Shown piece after piece: positions 20,583-29,968 of a DNA stretch of 64,000 nucleotides (the stretch's first letter is position 1; the number at the start of each line of letters is the position of its first letter). The DNA comes from Candidatus Dojkabacteria bacterium (GTDB lineage: Bacteria; Patescibacteriota; Dojkabacteria; SC72): contig JBMNPD010000002.1 in assembly GCA_050943415.1 (NCBI GenBank), forward strand, positions 5,036 to 69,035, read 5' to 3'. The notes under the pieces were generated by a model. It saw only the letters and a list, made by a program, of their open reading frames with translations, was not told the DNA's origin and did no database searches. The translations under genes were made by a program, and so were the position numbers.

Positions 20583-21191
20583 TTGGAAAAGGACATAACA
20601 GAATCATACAAAATAGATATATTAACAACTGCACTAGAGATAACAAGTCAGAGACTTAAAACAACAAAAAATTCTGAATATATATCTAGAAAGTTCTCTA
20701 TATTCCAAGAACTAGAGCAATATCAACAAAATATCACACATCACTACCCTGCAAATCTTACAGGAATACTCTCAGAATCACTCTTCTATAAAGTATACTC
20801 ACAAGTTCTAGGAGAAGAAAACATAACTATAGCGACAGGAGAAGAGGATATGCAAGGCATAGATTTTTACATTAACGAATATCCTATAGATGTAACATCA
20901 AGTAGCCATTATTTAACCAAAAAAATCTCAACTGTAAGAGTACCTACAATATTCCTACCAAATCACATCCAGCAACAAAGTATACATGAAAAAACAAGCT
21001 ATAACTACGAGACAAACTATATAATGCAAGCAATACATATGAACAAAATAAACTGTAATCAATATATACAAGATACATACAATATTAACAAAGACATATA
21101 TCAACAAATAGAACAAAATCCTAACTTAGCACCAGAAGCAGGAGTAAATAATATAACAAATATGAAAGTAATATTGGGCATACTAGATTAA
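20583..21191 (+). CDS. Hypothetical protein, possible PD-(D/E)XK-like nuclease fold
   Basis: GILSE...EEDMQGIDFYINEYPIDVT; start uncertain (TTG). Confidence 0.55.
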   Translation: MEKDITESYKIDILTTALEITSQRLKTTKNSEYISRKFSIFQELEQYQQNITHHYPANLTGILSESLFYKVYSQVLGEENITIATGEEDMQGIDFYINEYPIDVTSSSHYLTKKISTVRVPTIFLPNHIQQQSIHEKTSYNYETNYIMQAIHMNKINCNQYIQDTYNINKDIYQQIEQNPNLAPEAGVNNITNMKVILGILD

Positions 21192-21254
21192 TATAGGTAC
21201 AACAAAAACATTGACTAACAAACGGATATATAATAGACTCTCTCTGATACTTAA

Positions 21255-21331
21255 GCCGAAGTAGCTCAGTTGGTCAGAGCAGCTGTTTTGTAAACAGCAG
21301 GTCAAGAGTTCGAATCTCTTCTTCGGCTCCA
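21255..21331 (+). tRNA. tRNA-Thr(TGT)
   Basis: Cloverleaf, anticodon loop TT-TGT-AA, GTTCGAAT, CCA end. Confidence 0.95.
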
Positions 21332-21355
21332 GTAGTAGTTTACACAGACTAAACA

Positions 21356-22495
21356 TCAATCTTTTGTTAAACCTAAAAACCTCTTGTAGTTATCAATATT
21401 CACAACTTGGTATGTAGCATTTGGATACTTCAACCAACTCTTAGGAGCACTCTTAACCTTACTCCACTTAAATTCATACCCATCTAAACTATCCGCATAC
21501 TTCTCTACATAGTCAACCTCTGCACCATCATATGTTCTCCAAAAGAATCTTGATACATACCTCCTACTATATTCATTCCTCTTCATTCTCTCCAATATTA
21601 AGAAGTTCTCCCACAATACTCCCCTATCATTCCTTTTACTTAATGGATTAAAATTGTTAATTAGAGCATTTCTAATACCTAAATCATAGAAATATATCTT
21701 GTTTTGTTTAGAAAGAACTTTCCTTTCATTACTGTAATACGGTGGTAATCGGAATATAACATAGTTTTTCTCCAACAGATCTATATATCTTTCAACTGTT
21801 TTACTATCCAAACCTACAAGCTTACTGAGCTCTGTTAATGACACCTCTGAACCTATTTGCAACGCCAATGCTGAGAGCAATTTATCAAGATATGAAGAAT
21901 CCTTTACCTTTTCCAATTCTAGAATGTCTTTGTAAAGATAACTCTTACTTATCTCTCTTAACAATCTTTCCTTCTCAGAAATATCACTAGTATATATAGC
22001 TGGATACATACCGTATATGAGGAGTAACTCCAACTCCTTATCTATACTCAAAGGATGCTTTTCTGAATATATTTCACCAACAGAGAGAGGATACAGTTCG
22101 TAGACATATTTTCTACCAGTTAACGGTTCAGATGTATTTGAAAGAAGGTTAAGGCTAGATGATCCTGTTGCAATTATTTGCTTTTTCTCTCCATAGTTAT
22201 CTACTAAAAGTTTTAGTGTATTCCCTATCTCTTTGATTTTTTGAGCCTCATCTATGAATACAATATTTTTGTCAGCTATAAGGTTGTTTAGGTAGTCAAA
22301 ATCTCTTTCTTGAAGATTTGACCTGTCATTAGGGTTATCTGCATTTAAATACAACACATTCTCATACTCTTTTAGTATGTGCATTGCTAAAGTCGTCTTA
22401 CCAACTTGTCTAGGACCGGAGATAATGATAACTCTGCCCTTAAAGAAGTCTTTCTTAATATTTTCTTCAATTGTTCTTTCTAATTTGTACTTCAT
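21356..22495 (-). CDS. AAA_14/DUF4143 ATP-binding protein
   Basis: GPRQVGKT, IDEAQ, TGSS, LTGR, KIYFYDLG, FWRT..GAEVD. Confidence 0.9.
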   Translation of the reverse strand: MKYKLERTIEENIKKDFFKGRVIIISGPRQVGKTTLAMHILKEYENVLYLNADNPNDRSNLQERDFDYLNNLIADKNIVFIDEAQKIKEIGNTLKLLVDNYGEKKQIIATGSSSLNLLSNTSEPLTGRKYVYELYPLSVGEIYSEKHPLSIDKELELLLIYGMYPAIYTSDISEKERLLREISKSYLYKDILELEKVKDSSYLDKLLSALALQIGSEVSLTELSKLVGLDSKTVERYIDLLEKNYVIFRLPPYYSNERKVLSKQNKIYFYDLGIRNALINNFNPLSKRNDRGVLWENFLILERMKRNEYSRRYVSRFFWRTYDGAEVDYVEKYADSLDGYEFKWSKVKSAPKSWLKYPNATYQVVNIDNYKRFLGLTKD

Positions 22496-22608
22496 TCCAG
22501 TTATTTGGCCTAATTTAAGGATTTACTTCCATATTTTAGGCCTAATTTACGGAATTGGCAAGTATTTGATCGCTTACAGTTTAGTTTAGAGGCCAACATT
22601 TTCATTTT

Positions 22609-23535
22609 CTAACTTATCTTGTTCTGAGGTTTTCCACTTGTAATAGCAATTACATTTTGACACCATATCTCAATCAATCGTTCTATTGCTTCTTTTGTAT
22701 AAAAAGCATATGGTGCTGTTGCCATAATATTTCCTTTATATTCATATATCTTTTTACCATTACCATATATTTCAAAAGCGTAACCTATCTCTTCTTTTTC
22801 TGCACGTTCTATCAATAATTTGTGATTATATATCTCTTCAGGATTATTTATTATGTTAATAAAAAAGTTGCCAAACATCTTATTTATTAACTCATCAGTA
22901 ATAATCTTTTTAGTTTCGTTGTTTGTCGAAAAAGCCGGTATTACAAAATCAGCAGTGGTGAAAATCGTTTCTAAGTCAACTGCTTTGTAGTTATTCTCCT
23001 TTTTTGTCCTATTCCAATATATTACATTCATACCTAAACCTTGACACATCTCTGCTATTCTTATCCCTATTGTTCCTAAACCAATAATCCCAACAGTTTT
23101 ATTCCTTACTTCAGTATTTAACATAGAAACAGAATATTCTGTTTTGTAATCATTTTTTAATTGTATTGGAAATTTCCTTGCTAAACACATCATAAGAAAT
23201 ACAGCATATTCAGCAACAGAATCTGTTGAATACTTAGGAATGTTTGTAACTACTATTTTATTCTTCTTACAATATTCTAAATCTATCCAATCATAGGCAG
23301 TTGTTGACAAACAAACTGCTTTTAAATTCTCAACTTTTTTCAAATGTTTTTCATCAAGATTCCAATCGTACCAATCAGGATCAACCACTAATATTTTTTC
23401 ATCAGAATCCTTTAGATAAGAAGCTTTGTCTAAATCAAAATAATCTTCTAAAAATATAACTTCTCCTGTATTTTCTAAATTATTAATCTGCTCTTCTTTA
23501 AAACTATCTTTTGTATATGTTATATATATTTTCAT
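22609..23535 (-). CDS. D-isomer-specific 2-hydroxyacid dehydrogenase-like NAD-binding protein
   Basis: VTNIP.YS..SVAE, GIIGLGTIG. Confidence 0.85.
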   Translation of the reverse strand: MKIYITYTKDSFKEEQINNLENTGEVIFLEDYFDLDKASYLKDSDEKILVVDPDWYDWNLDEKHLKKVENLKAVCLSTTAYDWIDLEYCKKNKIVVTNIPKYSTDSVAEYAVFLMMCLARKFPIQLKNDYKTEYSVSMLNTEVRNKTVGIIGLGTIGIRIAEMCQGLGMNVIYWNRTKKENNYKAVDLETIFTTADFVIPAFSTNNETKKIITDELINKMFGNFFINIINNPEEIYNHKLLIERAEKEEIGYAFEIYGNGKKIYEYKGNIMATAPYAFYTKEAIERLIEIWCQNVIAITSGKPQNKIS

Positions 23536-23698
23536 TTTACCTTTTCTATATAAAGCTTAAATTACATTGTTAAAATTATACTATAAAACACACCTTTTTT
23601 TCTTTTATGAATATGTTATGCTATAATTCGTTTGTTATTTGAAGCACTTTCTATTTTTAATATATCTTCTTACAATATAGGAGATATTACTCTAATAT

Positions 23699-23781
23699 GC
23701 AGGGGTGGCGGAGTGGTCAATCGCGGCAGACTGTAAATCTGCTCCCTTCGGGGTTCATTGGTTCAAATCCAATCCTCTGCA
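23699..23781 (+). tRNA. tRNA-Tyr(GTA)
   Basis: CT-GTA-AA loop, long variable arm, GGTTCAAATCC; CCA not encoded. Confidence 0.93.
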
Positions 23782-23822
23782 TTCTTGCTCTTTAGTATAT
23801 AAATTTATTCTCTATTTAAAAT

Positions 23823-24542
23823 ATGGGAATCCTTATAGTCATAGCAGGAATCCTTATCCCTCTCATTGGTGTTGGCACCGTAGTTTATATATTAATCCCT
23901 CTCTCAAAGAGTAAAGGCAAGAAAAAGATTTTCACTTCTAAAAACCTGCTCCACTTCTATCTGTACTTAATCTCTTTTGCTTCATTAATCATAGGTGTAG
24001 TAGCATTAGCTGTTGCTCTAAACGGTTTGTTTGGACATAAATATTCACCTGAATTTTCTTTCAATTTGGAGTCACCAACAACAATGTATGTACCTGAAGA
24101 GAAGATTGATTACATAGACCCTGATTTTAAAGAGTGTTACAAAGGAGAACTTACAGAGATAGATGGTCAAAAGGTTTGTTTTGACAAACAACAAGCAAAG
24201 AAAGATGTCATTAATGGCTTGTCTGTTGCTATCCCAATGATTATTCTTTTCCTAATTCACAGACTCTCCATTTACTACATAGAAAGAAAAGGTACTTCTA
24301 CAGAGAACTTAAAAAAGATTTACCATTTTGCTTCACTAATACTGTTTAGTATTGGTGGATTAATAGCTATTCCTGTTGCAATATATCAACTACTTAACTA
24401 CCTTAACTTCAGACCTGAGGATGTAACTATGATAGATCCACCAGGGTTAGCAATATCCTTTGTCATCTTGGTTGTACCTGTATGGATAGTATTTCTTGTT
24501 AAAACAATTAAAATGAAGGATATTGAAGATAAGGACGAATAA
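23823..24542 (+). CDS. Multi-pass membrane protein (DUF5671-like)
   Basis: HFYLYLISFASL and IYHFASLILFS repeated TM pattern. Confidence 0.65.
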   Translation: MGILIVIAGILIPLIGVGTVVYILIPLSKSKGKKKIFTSKNLLHFYLYLISFASLIIGVVALAVALNGLFGHKYSPEFSFNLESPTTMYVPEEKIDYIDPDFKECYKGELTEIDGQKVCFDKQQAKKDVINGLSVAIPMIILFLIHRLSIYYIERKGTSTENLKKIYHFASLILFSIGGLIAIPVAIYQLLNYLNFRPEDVTMIDPPGLAISFVILVVPVWIVFLVKTIKMKDIEDKDE

Positions 24543-24584
24543 TTAGAAGACTTTTGTAAAATATATAGTATAATCATACTCACT

Positions 24585-24661
24585 GCTGGATTAGCTCAGT
24601 TGGTTAGAGCACATTCATGGTAAGAATGAGGTCCTGAGTTCGACTCTCAGATCCAGCTCCA
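24585..24661 (+). tRNA. tRNA-Thr(GGT)
   Basis: AT-GGT-AA loop, GTTCGACT, CCA. Confidence 0.94.
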
Positions 24662-24666
24662 TTTTC

Positions 24667-24900
24667 ATGAAGATAGAGTTAAATGTAAAGACACAACAGA
24701 AAGTTAGTAAGGTAGAAATGAGAGATGATGGTATTATGAATGTTTTTGTTAAATCCTCCCCTATTGAGAACAAGGCTAATGTAGAGATTATTAAGTTACT
24801 TTCTAAATATTACGATATTCCTAAATCCAGTATATCCATAAAGACAGGAAAGAAGAGTAAGAGAAAAATAGTGGAGATTGAGAGAATCATTATCACATGA
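24667..24900 (+). CDS. DUF167/YggU family protein
   Basis: V.S.P.ENKAN.EII.LLS.Y...KS.I.I..G.KS..K.VEI. Confidence 0.85.
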   Translation: MKIELNVKTQQKVSKVEMRDDGIMNVFVKSSPIENKANVEIIKLLSKYYDIPKSSISIKTGKKSKRKIVEIERIIIT

Positions 24901-25053
24901 TATAATACTCTATAGGTCAACATTTTTGACTGCTCTTTAAAAATCTATCTACTCTATTTCTCCTTTGCAGATTATTATCTCAATACAGATATTACTATGT
25001 GATATTTGTTATGAGGTAATAGTCTCAGAAAAATTAAAAAACTGGAGGAGAAA
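24901..25053 (+). promoter_or_regulatory. Leader: TATAAT, boxA TGCTCTTTAAAAA, anti-SD, long hairpin, RBS
   Basis: boxA at 24931-24943; AGATTATTATCTCA...TGAGGTAATAGTCT stem; TTTCTCCT complementary to AGGAGAAA RBS. Confidence 0.55.
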
Positions 25054-25413
25054 ATGAAAAAAAGTATTGACGGAGAAGAGCTATGGAAAACATTATCTAG
25101 GATAGGAAATAAGATATTAAATGTTTTACAAATCCTTTTCGGATTTTTCATCGCTCTTTTTATCTTTTGTATTGTAATTCATAATGGCATATTACTAATT
25201 TACTTCCACCTATACGAAGTAATATTAGGGAGTATTATTGCCATCATATTAACTTCAATTACATCATACTTCGTGCGTAATTTTTATTACAAGGTTTGGT
25301 TTTTCCTTTTATTAACCGCAATCTTTGTTGCGATAATAATCGTGATAGATCCATTCCCCTCACTACATTATTACATAGCTCCATTAGGGGAACTTGTGAA
25401 GAAGAATTATTAA
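25054..25413 (+). CDS. Hypothetical membrane protein (119 aa)
   Basis: RBS GGAGGAG, three hydrophobic segments. Confidence 0.7.
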   Translation: MKKSIDGEELWKTLSRIGNKILNVLQILFGFFIALFIFCIVIHNGILLIYFHLYEVILGSIIAIILTSITSYFVRNFYYKVWFFLLLTAIFVAIIIVIDPFPSLHYYIAPLGELVKKNY

Positions 25414-25429
25414 AAAAAGAGGATGAAAA

Positions 25430-25957
25430 ATGAAAGAGAAAAAAATATTGCTATTATTATTACTATTATTCTCGACAGCATTATTAAAGATAGTCGAAAT
25501 AAAGAATGCCTTACTATCTCAGAAAGAGGTTGTAATTAGACAATCGACCTGTTGGAACAGTTGTTGGAACAATTGGCAACAACCAACAGGACCTAGTCTA
25601 GGCCTACTGGAGATCTCGGAATATACTGATTCCAGAAATGGACAAGAATTCTATGATCTCTTTCTCGAGGTCAAAGTTGAGAACCAAACATTAAAGTGTT
25701 CTCTCCGTAGGAGTAAAGAAATTGTGGCGGTAGAGCCATATTACTTTACCCCATTTCAACCTTGTTTTCTTTATTTAGATGGACAAGAAGATGAGTTAAC
25801 ACAAGAACAAATCGAAGAACTAGACAGTTCTTTCGGAGTGGTAATCAATCTTCTTAATCCATTTGAAGTTTCTTCAAAGGTTATAGTTACCAAACAAAAT
25901 GGTAACATAGAAACCTTAGATAATGTAATCCTTTTGAACACAGAAGGATTAAAATGA
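25430..25957 (+). CDS. Hypothetical secreted/anchored protein (175 aa)
   Basis: Signal-peptide-like N-terminus, RBS GAGG. Confidence 0.65.
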   Translation: MKEKKILLLLLLLFSTALLKIVEIKNALLSQKEVVIRQSTCWNSCWNNWQQPTGPSLGLLEISEYTDSRNGQEFYDLFLEVKVENQTLKCSLRRSKEIVAVEPYYFTPFQPCFLYLDGQEDELTQEQIEELDSSFGVVINLLNPFEVSSKVIVTKQNGNIETLDNVILLNTEGLK

Positions 25958-26018
25958 GTAGACAGATTAAGGGTAGCCCCTATACAATATTTTTATGTAT
26001 ACGGGGCTCCCTCTACTC
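25956..26018 (+). terminator. Long hairpin closing the 25054-25957 cassette
   Basis: GAGTAGA...AGCCCC-TATAC...GTATA-C-GGGGCT...TCTACTC. Confidence 0.55.
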
Positions 26019-26139
26019 TTCCCCACATATATTCAAACAAAAAATATTCCTTTTGAAAAATTTGACCTAAAAACATATTTCCAATATAATACACCGATAT
26101 TTCCCATATATATAAAATAGTAGTAACAGATTCCAAAAC

Positions 26140-26304
26140 ATGGCGAAAGTAAAAAGAGACATAATAGCTTTTAAATGTACAGAATGTGGTCGTAAAAACT
26201 ACACTCAATTTAAAACTAAAAATGTTAAAGATAAAATAGAAAAAAACAAATATTGCTCTACTTGTAAAAAACATGTATTGCATAAGGAGACTAAGATAAA
26301 ATAA
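26140..26304 (+). CDS. rpmG: 50S ribosomal protein L33 (Zn-ribbon form)
   Basis: Manual translation MAKVKRDIIAFKCTECGRKNY...KYCSTCKKHVLHKETKIK; upstream TTGACC-17-TATAAT. Confidence 0.93.
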   Translation: MAKVKRDIIAFKCTECGRKNYTQFKTKNVKDKIEKNKYCSTCKKHVLHKETKIK

Positions 26305-26324
26305 TATTGCTCTTACCAAGAACT

Positions 26325-26400
26325 GGGCCCATAGTTTCAATTGGTAAAACAGCGGTCTCCAAAACCGTAGTTCACCGTTCGAGTCGGTGTGGGCCTGCCA
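26325..26400 (+). tRNA. tRNA-Trp(CCA)
   Basis: CT-CCA-AA loop, CCA end, between rpmG and secE. Confidence 0.94.
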
Positions 26401-26412
26401 AAATATAAAGAT

Positions 26413-26586
26413 ATGAAAATAATAAAAAACATTGTAAACGAAGCAAAAAATACCAAGTGGCCTACTCTAAAAGAGGTTGCTGTAATGACAATATATACCA
26501 TAATTGTCTGTGGTATAATCTCTCTCATCATGGTAGGACTAGATTTAGTCCTAGCAAAGTTAAGAGATTTGTTCCTTAATATGTAA
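26413..26586 (+). CDS. secE: Preprotein translocase SecE
   Basis: E.K...WPT.KE plus single TM; before nusG. Confidence 0.9.
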   Translation: MKIIKNIVNEAKNTKWPTLKEVAVMTIYTIIVCGIISLIMVGLDLVLAKLRDLFLNM

Positions 26587-26596
26587 ATAAACAAAG

Positions 26597-27160
26597 ATGG
26601 TAAAAAAGAAAGAAAAAGAAACAAAAAAAGATAACCCAAATGCAAAGTGGTATGTTTTGAATATTAGAACTGGATATGAGAACAGTATTCAGAAAGAAAT
26701 TCAGCAAAGAGCTGATGCAACAGGTTTAGAAGACAAAATTGTTGAAATTTTAGTTCCTACACAGAAGAAGATTGTTGTAAAGAAAGGAAAACAAGATGTT
26801 AAGGAAGAAAAGATATTTCCAGGATATGTATTGATAAAGATGGAGTTAGATAACAGTACATGGGACTTGGTTCAAAATACAGAAGGTGTTAGAGGTTTTG
26901 TCAAAACAGATAGATACCCAAAGCCCTTGGATGAAGCAGAAGTAAAAGCAATCACTAAGTTTATGGAAGTAGAACAACCATCATATCAGACATCATTTAG
27001 CGTTGGTGAAGCAGTCAAGATTACAGAGGGTGCATTTGCAGACTTCATAGGAAGCGTACAAGAAATTGATACTACTAAGGGTAAGATAAAAGTCCTCATC
27101 TCATTCTTAGGTAGAGAAGCTCCTGTTGAACTAGAATTCTCTCAAGTATCAAAGCTTTAG
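26597..27160 (+). CDS. nusG: Transcription factor NusG
   Basis: WYVL...GYE, FPGYVL, KOW GAFADF.G, FLGREAPVEL. Confidence 0.96.
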   Translation: MVKKKEKETKKDNPNAKWYVLNIRTGYENSIQKEIQQRADATGLEDKIVEILVPTQKKIVVKKGKQDVKEEKIFPGYVLIKMELDNSTWDLVQNTEGVRGFVKTDRYPKPLDEAEVKAITKFMEVEQPSYQTSFSVGEAVKITEGAFADFIGSVQEIDTTKGKIKVLISFLGREAPVELEFSQVSKL

Positions 27161-27182
27161 TAATATTAAACATTAGCAATAT

Positions 27183-27611
27183 ATGGCAAAAGAAGTAAAA
27201 AAAATAATTAAAATTGTAATACCAGCAGGAATGGCTACAATGGCACCTCCAATTGGTCCTACCCTAGCCCCTTACGGTATTAACACACAGGATTTCTGTT
27301 CTCAATTTAACGAACAGACTAGAGAGAACAACGGTATTCTTACACCTGTTGTCTTAACAATCTATGAGGATAGAACATTCGATTTCATACTTAAGACTCC
27401 TCCTACATCCGAATTGATTAGAAGAGAATTAAAGATTAAGAAAGGTTCAGGTAAACCAAACCTTGAGAAGGTTGGTAAACTAACAAAAGAGCAAATCATG
27501 AAGATTGTTGAGATAAAGATGCCAGATTTAAATACATCTGATCCAGAGCAAGCAGCAAAGATTGTTGCAGGAACAGCTATGCAGATGGGTATAGAAACTG
27601 ATATTAAATAA
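27183..27611 (+). CDS. rplK: 50S ribosomal protein L11
   Basis: APPIGPTL, KTPP, KMPDLN. Confidence 0.96.
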   Translation: MAKEVKKIIKIVIPAGMATMAPPIGPTLAPYGINTQDFCSQFNEQTRENNGILTPVVLTIYEDRTFDFILKTPPTSELIRRELKIKKGSGKPNLEKVGKLTKEQIMKIVEIKMPDLNTSDPEQAAKIVAGTAMQMGIETDIK

Positions 27612-27627
27612 TTGAGTAAAGAAATAT

Positions 27628-28311
27628 ATGAAAAGAGGAAAAAACTACAAAAAAATAGTAAAAGATTTAGATAGAAATCTTTCTTACACACTTGCAGATG
27701 GTATAAAGAAAGTTAAAACACTCTCCTACTCTAAGTTTGTAGGTACATTAGAAATGCATTTAGATATTAAGGTCCCTAAGGACAAAGATCCTAAATCTCT
27801 AAAGGGTGCAGTATCACTACCACACAGTACAACAACAAAGAGTGTAAAGATTGCAGTATTCTGTACTCCAGATAAGGAAGAAGAGGCTAAGAAAGCAGGT
27901 GCAGATATGGTAGGTTTGGATAGCTTGATAAAGGAGATTAAGGAAAAGGGAGCTGATTTTGATGTAGCTATTGCTACTCCATCAGTCATGCCAAAGATTG
28001 CAGTACTTGGTAAGGAGTTAGGTCCTAAGGGTTTAATGCCAAATCCAAAGAATGGTACTGTTACCGATGACATTGCATCAGCAGTTGCAGAATACAAGAA
28101 AGGTAAACAGACATTTGCTTGTGATCCTTCAGGTGTAGTACATATGAGTGTTGGTAAGCTTGATTTAGAAGATGAGAAACTAGAAGAGAATGTACATGTA
28201 GCTGTATCAGCTATTGCAGAGGTTGTAGGTAAATCTTACGACCAACTTATTCAGAAGATGAGTCTATGTCCTACTATGGGGCCAAGTGTTAGGATAGATT
28301 ATTCTAAATAA
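27628..28311 (+). CDS. rplA: 50S ribosomal protein L1
   Basis: LGPKGLMPNPK.GTVT, TMGP. Confidence 0.96.
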   Translation: MKRGKNYKKIVKDLDRNLSYTLADGIKKVKTLSYSKFVGTLEMHLDIKVPKDKDPKSLKGAVSLPHSTTTKSVKIAVFCTPDKEEEAKKAGADMVGLDSLIKEIKEKGADFDVAIATPSVMPKIAVLGKELGPKGLMPNPKNGTVTDDIASAVAEYKKGKQTFACDPSGVVHMSVGKLDLEDEKLEENVHVAVSAIAEVVGKSYDQLIQKMSLCPTMGPSVRIDYSK

Positions 28312-28337
28312 AGGAATACTTGTTACATAGTTATTTG

Positions 28338-28364
28338 AAAGGAAGTCTAATTGGCTTCCTTTTT
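28338..28364 (+). terminator. Intrinsic terminator after rplA
   Basis: AAAGGAAG-tctaattgg-CTTCCTTTTTT. Confidence 0.7.
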
Positions 28365-28493
28365 TATTTAAATAGTTTAAATTTCTATTACATTTCTAAT
28401 TCTTATCTATAGTACATTCCCCCATAGTCTGTATTTTCTTCCCTGTTTTTAGTATAATATATATGTGGTGGATCTTTAAAAAAGGAGAGTAAA

Positions 28494-28664
28494 ATGAAGA
28501 TAGGTTTTGTTATCGGTTTTACAACAATATCTCTTTGGGGTATATCTGCCCTTGGGGCAGTATATGCTTTAACAAAAGAGAGAAAAGAGTTGGATAGACA
28601 TGAGTCTGCAATACTCATGCTGATTCCATTTATATTCTTATTAATCTTATTCAGAGCCCTATGA
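28494..28664 (+). CDS. Small two-TM protein (56 aa), not in ORF track
   Basis: MKIGFVIGFTTISLWGISALGAVYALTKERKELDRHESAILMLIPFIFLLILFRAL; RBS AAGGAG, upstream TATAAT, downstream hairpin. Confidence 0.65.
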   Translation: MKIGFVIGFTTISLWGISALGAVYALTKERKELDRHESAILMLIPFIFLLILFRAL

Positions 28665-28849
28665 CTCTGAATTTTTTTAACCACCAACCTGGGGAATATA
28701 GAGTAGATAGAATTTGTGATATATATATCCAAAATATATGTTTTAACATATGTTCTCATCTACTCTCCCCCATCAAATTTCATACATCGTTTTCTGTCTA
28801 ATACAAAAATTTGACTTAAACCTCATCTTCTAATATAATCCAACAGTTT

Positions 28850-28895
28850 TACCAAAGAAACAGGGTACAAAAATAAATCCTTGCGAGGTAAACAT
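28850..28895 (+). promoter_or_regulatory. Putative L10 leader (autoregulatory RNA)
   Basis: TACCAAAGA..CAGGG...TCCTTGCGAGGTA between TTGACT-17-TATAAT promoter and rplJ. Confidence 0.45.
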
Positions 28896-28919
28896 ACATT
28901 CAAATTAATAAATATAACA

Positions 28920-29441
28920 ATGGCTAAAACTCGTTCACAAAAAACAGAGTTGTTAGATAAATATAAAGAGATAATAAAAAATAAAGCAGGCTATCTCTTA
29001 GTAAACTCTGATAAAACAAGTACTTCAGACATTACAAAACTGAAGATACAACTAAAAGATGTAAATGCTAACTACGCAGTAGTTAAAAACAGCATCTTTA
29101 AAGTAGCATTGCAAGAAACAAACCAACCACTAGAAACACAAGAAATAGATGGTCCTACTGCAATCATATACTTTGATGAAGATCCAACAGCACCTGCAAA
29201 ATTAATAAAAGAAACACAGAAAGAAACAGAATTACTAGATGCAAAGTTTGGAGTATTTGAAGGAGAATTCCTCTCAGAAGAAAGAGTTATGCAGTTAGCA
29301 GAAATTCCATCAAGAGAAGTTCTACTCTCAAGACTAGTTGGTACTATGAACGCTCCATTAACTGGATTCATGAATGCAATTACTGGAAACGTGAGAGGTT
29401 TAACTATGGTTCTTAAGGGCATCTCTGAAAAGAGTGCTTAA
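28920..29441 (+). CDS. rplJ: 50S ribosomal protein L10
   Basis: VVKNSI, GPTA, LAEIPSREVLL. Confidence 0.95.
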   Translation: MAKTRSQKTELLDKYKEIIKNKAGYLLVNSDKTSTSDITKLKIQLKDVNANYAVVKNSIFKVALQETNQPLETQEIDGPTAIIYFDEDPTAPAKLIKETQKETELLDAKFGVFEGEFLSEERVMQLAEIPSREVLLSRLVGTMNAPLTGFMNAITGNVRGLTMVLKGISEKSA

Positions 29442-29478
29442 TTTAGAAACAAATTACTTAACTTAAATAAATACAAAA

Positions 29479-29883
29479 ATGGCAGACGAAGCAAAAACAC
29501 TACCAGAGTTATCAGCAGATGGTAAGAAAGTTCTTGAGATGGTTGAAAAAATGACCGTTTTAGAACTTGCAGACTTGGTCAAAGTTATGGAAGACAAGTT
29601 TGGAGTATCTGCAGCAGCACCTGTTGCAGTAGCAGCAGCACCAGCTGAGGCAGCAGCACCAGAAGAAGAGAAAACAATATTCAATGTTGTTCTCAAAGAT
29701 GCAGGAGCAAACAAAATTGCTGTAATCAAAGTAGTAAGAGAAATCACAGAGCTTGGCTTGAAAGAAGCTAAGGATCTTGTAGATACTGCACCTCAGACAA
29801 TCAAAGAGGGTGTCAAGAAAGAGGAAGCAGAAGAGATGAAAGCAAAGTTCGAGGAAGCAGGAGCAACTGCAGAATTAGAATAA
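29479..29883 (+). CDS. rplL: 50S ribosomal protein L7/L12
   Basis: [23 protein letters not shown]. Confidence 0.97.
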   Translation: MADEAKTLPELSADGKKVLEMVEKMTVLELADLVKVMEDKFGVSAAAPVAVAAAPAEAAAPEEEKTIFNVVLKDAGANKIAVIKVVREITELGLKEAKDLVDTAPQTIKEGVKKEEAEEMKAKFEEAGATAELE

Positions 29884-29904
29884 TTGCTAAATGCATACTT
29901 AATG

Positions 29905-29930
29905 AAAGACCACCATTACGGTGGTCTTTT
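29905..29930 (+). terminator. Intrinsic terminator after rplL
   Basis: AAAGACCACC-attac-GGTGGTCTTTT. Confidence 0.8.
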
Positions 29931-29968
29931 TCTTTTTACATACCCTACTCTTTTACACCATCACTATT

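Noticed and set aside
23705-23914. 69-aa ORF
   Set aside because: Overlaps tRNA-Tyr
25993-26340. 115-aa minus-strand ORF in the track
   Set aside because: Antisense shadow of rpmG and its promoter
28403-28759. 118-aa minus-strand ORF
   Set aside because: No RBS; the + strand 56-aa ORF has promoter, RBS and hairpin
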